Assembly (NCBI GenBank): GCA_951406725.2
Contig: OX597828.1
Coordinates: 31,930,001-31,994,000, forward strand
Direction: 5' to 3'
From: Octopus vulgaris
Taxonomy: Eukaryota
DNA length: 64,000 bases
The stretch's first letter is position 1. Each line of letters starts with the position of its first letter. The notes under the pieces are model-generated. The model made no database searches and was not told the DNA's origin. It saw nothing but the letters and a program-made list of their open reading frames with translations. Below are positions 57,989-64,000 of this stretch, in pieces. Position numbers and translations under genes: made by a program.

Positions 57989-59446
57989 CTCTGTCTGTGT
58001 GTCTGTCTGTGTGCCTGTATGTCTATATGTCTGTCTGTCTATGTATGCAGCACCAAGTACAGCATCATTCGTATGGTCCTATATTTGTTTTAGGAATGAG
58101 TACGCAGTCACAGTACTACCTATGCCCGCCGCCATCCTCACGTTGTTCCTCTACCTTTTAATCATTACGTGAATAGATTTGTAAAGGAGCCTAAGAAAAC
58201 TCAAAGAAACTTATCATTGAAGTGCTCTAATCTAATTCTTTGAAGTACCTTATTTAAAGCTCTCACCTTCAACAGACGTCAGATTCTAAAAATCATGAAA
58301 TGTAATTCTTTGAAAATGAGGAGACATCACGGAATAAATCTGTCTTAAATTTGCCTTTAATCAAACTTACAGTGTGGAAATTACTATATTTTCTCGTATT
58401 GTGCATAATATTGCATGTTGAATATTCATACGAACTAGAAGTAAAATGATATTACGAAGAAAAGGATATCTAACAACGGGATAAATGTCTCTCTATATAA
58501 ATATATCTTCATAGTTTGGCTAAACACACACAGCCGGTTAGTATAAATTATGTCAGTTCTGGCAACTCTATCTCATGCATAATTTATGCAACTGTACATG
58601 TTAATGAAAGAATGTACTAGCTTCGAATTATAAGCAAAATGTAAACATTTTCTAATAATCTCCACTCGTAGCAAGTTTCATTTGAGAACCTACATTAAAT
58701 CGATTCTTTTTCAAACATGACCTCATAGAATAAATTGTAACAAAATTTATATTTTCGCCCCCGTTGAAGTTGGTAAAGCAAATTGATTTTAGATTTGTAT
58801 GTGTGTGTTTGTGTGTATTCGTGTGTCCCCGATTGATTGCGAATATCGAAGTATAATTTGGCATTCTATATTTAATGATATACTAATATACTTGTTAATA
58901 TCCTTAAATTACTGTTCCTGTGTAAATATCTGATTCAACGAAGCATGGAAAACAGCAAAATGACTTTTTCAATTTAAGTGAGATTTTTTAATAAATAAAA
59001 GATTTAATTATAAAAATAGCTGAAAGTTATAGCTCACTATATATTCTCAATAATTTGACCTTCTAAGCACACTTCCAATAAATCGCAGATTAAATCATCA
59101 AAATAGTGACGACATTGAACTAATAAACAAGCAAACATACTAATACTGAACGTTTTCTATGTAATCAAATGCAACAAGTAAAAATCATCGTACGATTTTC
59201 ATTAATGACTACTTCAAAAAAGTATCAACCATTAAAAATGTTATAGCTTCTTTTTTGTATGTATGAATTTATTTCTGCATACGATTCTACATGAATACAC
59301 ATATCAGAAAATATATGCATGCACCTATTCCCACGTACACACACATACACGGTATGTATATATATGTATATATATATTGTCAGTAAATTATAAATCCGAA
59401 AAAGAAACACATATATCGTTAGTAAATCATAAATGCGAGCAAGTAG

Positions 59447-59479
<33 letters not shown>

Positions 59480-60359
59480 GTGCATACACACATACATATG
59501 CAGACACACAAGCACACCCATATATATTTATATATATATATATACATACTTGCATATATACATCTAACTCTAACTTTTCATTCAACTGAATGTCTGGACA
59601 TTTAAATAACCTGTAATTTACGAAATATCATAATATGTCCTCTACCGTAATTTTCGAAACCGGATCAAATATATAGTTTAGCAATCGGTCCATAATCGTG
59701 ATTTAGAGCTGATCAAAAGACGTCATGTTTTAGCGTTGGCACTTTTCTAAGTTCAATACGTATAAATTCGCGAAAGTGAATCATCTAATCTATGTCCTTC
59801 TTTTCTGTCTTCATCATACTAAGACATAGTTTTCTTCATTTCCCCGTCAGTCCACGAAAAATCTTGTTTTACTGGCATACATGTGTTTGTGCGTGTGCCT
59901 GTGCCTGTGTGTCTGTAAGGAATATAAGACAAGATAAAAAATGCTAAAATAATTTCATCATGGAGTACATTTTGTAATGGTTTGTATCGGTTTCAGTCTT
60001 TTCGTCTTTTTCAACGAAAAGTAAAACAAAGGTAGCTAATCATTAAGAAGACAAACAATTAGATTGAAGTGAAAATTAAATGAAATGTTTTGTAAACACT
60101 TCCACAGTCTTCAAATAGGTAGGATATTTTCCTTTTTTCTTCTGTCCCTCTTTTCTTTTGGGAAAATATAGTAAAAGTTCTCAGAAAAAGATTGTTTATG
60201 GCTGCAGAGAAATATTTGACTCTCTGCACCCATACGCACTACTGCTTGAGATCTCCTACTGCAGAGAAATATTTACAAAATATTTCATTTAATTTTTTGT
60301 TCAACTTAATTGTTTTTCTTCTTAATTAATATCCACATTTGTATTATTGATGTATATAT

Positions 60360-60485
60360 AATCAACACGTTTCTGAGTAACAGCTTTGAGATCATTTTTC
60401 AGCTTCAAGAAAAGTTTTTTACCGTACATTTAGTATTCGAGTACTATTTTCCCACCTTGCTTTGCATGTAAGTGCTAACCTGTAA

Positions 60486-60544
<59 letters not shown>

Positions 60545-60568
60545 TTTATATATTAATTATTTATATAA

Positions 60569-60604
<36 letters not shown>

Positions 60605-60708
60605 TGAGGGAGATAAATTAATATTAATTTTAATATCAATTTAAAACCAGTAGTCTAGCATTCTGGCCGGCTACCTAGCAGGCCAGCCCTGCCAATATAC
60701 ACACACAC

Positions 60709-60754
<46 letters not shown>

Positions 60755-60961
60755 GTGAGCACTTAATTACAAAGCATGGTGGGAAAATAGTACTCGAATG
60801 TCTTTCTCCGTCTTCCCTTCCTTGGACTTTACAGTTTTCTATGTTTCTGACGAAGCCGTCCACTCAGAACGTTAAATGCTCCTTCTTTTTCCCTTTCCTG
60901 AACGTCCAATAATACTATACCTGTTCCACGTCCCCGCTTTTTTGTGTTTTCTCTTTGTTAG

Positions 60962-60998
<37 letters not shown>

Positions 60999-61096
60999 GG
61001 AGTAAACACATAAATGTGAAACAAGGTGGAAAAAAGAGTACTCAAATACCAGAGTACTCAAATACCAGTGTTGAATGTTCTGCTGCTTAAAATAAA

Positions 61097-61097
<1 letters not shown>
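60360..61097. mobile_element. Mosaic of short element fragments separated by (TA)n, with inverted arms and a decayed hammerhead (60843-60877)
   Basis: 60436-60483 is inverted relative to 60751-60798. 60800-60965 is homologous to the reverse complement of 40168-40340. A related 'ggtggaaaaaagagtactcaaatacc' has a 16-bp tandem duplication at about 61035-61068. Confidence 0.7.
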
Positions 61098-61184
<87 letters not shown>

Positions 61185-63454
61185 TGATAGCACACTCCCA
61201 TTCATATTTTTTAACCTCGCAATTATATGTATGTAAGTTACTAAAATTCATTAACGCATCTCTCCTTCTGTTTTCTCACGAAATTGAACGTATCTTAAAA
61301 ATTGTCTCATCCATATTGCAAAAATCATTTAAAGTTGCATTGGATATAGCTTTGTCGCTGTGATTATTGATTTTACCTAACTAATATTCCACAATATTTT
61401 TGATAATCATCACTTGAAATCGTTATCTCATTTCGGTATTTTCGCTAGTGATATAACGTTATGATATACATCAGTCTGGTTTGAAAATATACTGCACTTT
61501 GATTTGATTATTTCTGTGGTTATGGGATGACAATCACATTTAACCAGTAACAGTAATGAGAATGACAGATTACTTTACGATTTCAATGCAGGTTACTGCT
61601 GTTACGTCATTAAATTTTAATATTTCTTTTCTAATCTATATTACTGAAAGATAAATAGGTCACTGGACTCTTAACTTTCAAGCGGTAGTTACGTTTTGAT
61701 TGCATAATTTTTTAACGATATTTAGACCAAAATTAAGGAAATAACTCAATATTTCAATTGCCGCGAAAGAATACTTATTCTCCTTTTGATATCGAGCAAA
61801 TTAAAATATAAACCCAAGTTTTATTATTATAGAGTTTAATAATTATTTCCCGTTGCTATTGACGAAAAGTTATTCTGAAAGATCATTAATATGATATATA
61901 GTGAATTTCTGTCTCAGACAGTAGCTATATTACCACATATTACTACATTTTATAATACTTCCATTCAAATGCTATAATATAATTGCTTTCATAATGATGT
62001 GATAACAATTTATATTTCCTTGGCGCTTGTTGTCTTGGGAGATTTTGACACATAAAAGGGAAAAAACAATGGCCATTAATTCACATATTATGTAACATAA
62101 ATTCAGAATTATTTTGCACTTAATCGCTCCGAAATAAATAATTTAAATAAATATATTCATTTATCAAAGCAAAGTAACTAAACGTCAATGATTACTTCGG
62201 TTGCTGCTTTAATGCAAAAAAAAATTAAAAAATAAGAAACAATCGTATCCAATCTTGAGACATGATTGTTCCATGATTGTTTACATTTTAGAGAATCAAA
62301 ATACAAATAAAGGAATCTAAAGTAGATAAAATATCAATTTGTCTAATTTACAATTAAATCTTATAATTTGTTGAAAAATCAGTTTAACTTTACGTTATTT
62401 AGTTAACGTTCTTATTATTTTTTTAATTATACTCATAGCTGATTTAGTTTTCCAGAATAACATTGCTTGCTAATATATTTAAGCTCACTTGGAGAAATCA
62501 ATCTACGTTATTTCGTTTGTTTGTTTGTTTTTTGTGTTCTATTTTTTTCTTTTTGTGAAAAATATTTGTTGTTTTCAATTACAATGCTTAATGAACTTGA
62601 ATTACAAAAATGTAAAAAGTGATTTTGCTATTGTAATTTCTTTAATAAAACATTAATCCTTCAAAAATTCCAAGTCATTTTTTTCTCTATTTTAAATTCC
62701 AAAGAGAGTGTTGCTTCTGGCTATGCTAATGTTCAATCGATACTTTATCTGTTTCTTTACTAATCATATTTGAGATTGCTGCACAACTATTTTAGTGTAC
62801 ATATTGAACTGCATGTAAATTAAACAGTTGTTGCAGGTATAGAATGGAAGCAGGTTTAGAAATCAAAGTTTTAAGAAATAATTTTAATCAGTATTTGTTT
62901 AAATTCCGATAAAGTAGGGAATACAATAACTGCATTTCCAATGGTTGAAATTTACAAGATCATTTTTTAAAGTAATTATTTTTATTTCGTTTGTCTTGGT
63001 AGGAAACTTTATCATGAGACTTGTACAATTATTTAATTTTTTTTTTAGAGTGAAATATTGTAAAACTAATTAATTCAGAGAAATATCCCAAACTGAATGA
63101 TATTGTTCCTGAGATGTTGCAATGAACGTGTTATGCGAAGGAATTCTCGAATCGAAGTATCTACAAACGCTTTTATTACTGTATTAAGATATCGGAAAAT
63201 AATTATTACGATTATGAACTGTGGTCCCAATGATACACACAAACACAGATATGAACACGCATATATATATATGTTTGTGTGTGTGTGTGTGCGTGTATGT
63301 ACGTGTGTGCATGTGTGTATAGTTTTCCTTCATGTGCATTAGAACGTTTTAGCTCTTATTTTTAGCAATGTAAGTGTTTTCTGATACACTAGTCGCATTT
63401 AGTGACATTTGTAATTCTCCTTTTTGGTGAAACGTTGCAAACAGCTGTTCACAT

Positions 63455-63457
63455 TTA

Positions 63458-63527
<70 letters not shown>

Positions 63528-63541
63528 CATTATTATTATTA
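63455..63541. repeat. (TTA)n microsatellite
   Basis: Direct inspection. Confidence 0.97.
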
Positions 63542-63833
63542 TATATACATATATATGTAAGTATGTATATATGCACCCATACGCATGTACAAGTATGTGT
63601 AAATATGTATACAATTATGTACGCATGTATAAATCTTTCGCTCAGAGAAAAAAATTTAAACGATCCTCATTGCATGCACTAAAGTGGATACTTTTATTAA
63701 AGTTACTAGACGACAATTTTAGTTTTAATTATGATGTCATGCTATTTGAAACAATATATTAGGCAACTACAGAAAGAGTATTATACAAGTTGATTAAATC
63801 ATAATATTTTAATAATATTGTTATCATAGCATA

Positions 63834-64000
63834 AAGGCGATACTCTGGCGGAATCGTCAGCATGATGGACGAAATGCCCATCGCTACATTCTAAATTCAA
63901 ATTCTGCGATGTCGACTTCGCCTTTCATCCGTACGGAGTCAATAAAATAAGTACCAGTTGAACACTGTGGTCGATGTAATCGATTCACCCCCGCCAACCC
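63834..64000 (+). mobile_element. SINE family A, runs off the window end
   Basis: 'ctggcggaatcgtcagcatg..gtcgacttcgcctttcatcc..gtcaataaaataagtaccagttgaacactgtggtcgatgtaatcga'. Confidence 0.88.

Overview
AT-rich, microsatellite-saturated eukaryotic DNA. The SINE families and very dense (TA)n/(TAA)n/(TACA)n/(TAGA)n tracts suggest a coleoid cephalopod, most likely Octopus; this is inferred from recall, not from a search. I found no convincing host protein-coding exon, and nearly all listed ORFs are microsatellite translations, so the window is probably intergenic or inside a giant intron. It contains: (i) about 15 tRNA-derived SINEs of about 4 families, one young copy with a 14-bp TSD; (ii) at least 8 remnants of restriction-like-endonuclease (R4/Dong-type) LINEs, several inside (TAA)n and one inside (TACA)n; (iii) an L1/Tx1-like ORF1-endonuclease fragment; (iv) a composite non-autonomous Helitron. 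Most notable are at least four sequence-unrelated families of short non-coding elements, each abutting (TA)n tracts, that carry type I hammerhead ribozyme motifs. Two have a complete catalytic core (5463-5513, 53154-53244). One family forms a tandem-plus-inverted array of ~350-bp units with a CCGAUGA core variant (20091-21057). One family is decayed (40168-40379, 60800-60965, 7003-7180). These resemble Penelope-like pseudo-LTRs or retrozymes. Coordinates of degenerate elements are approximate.
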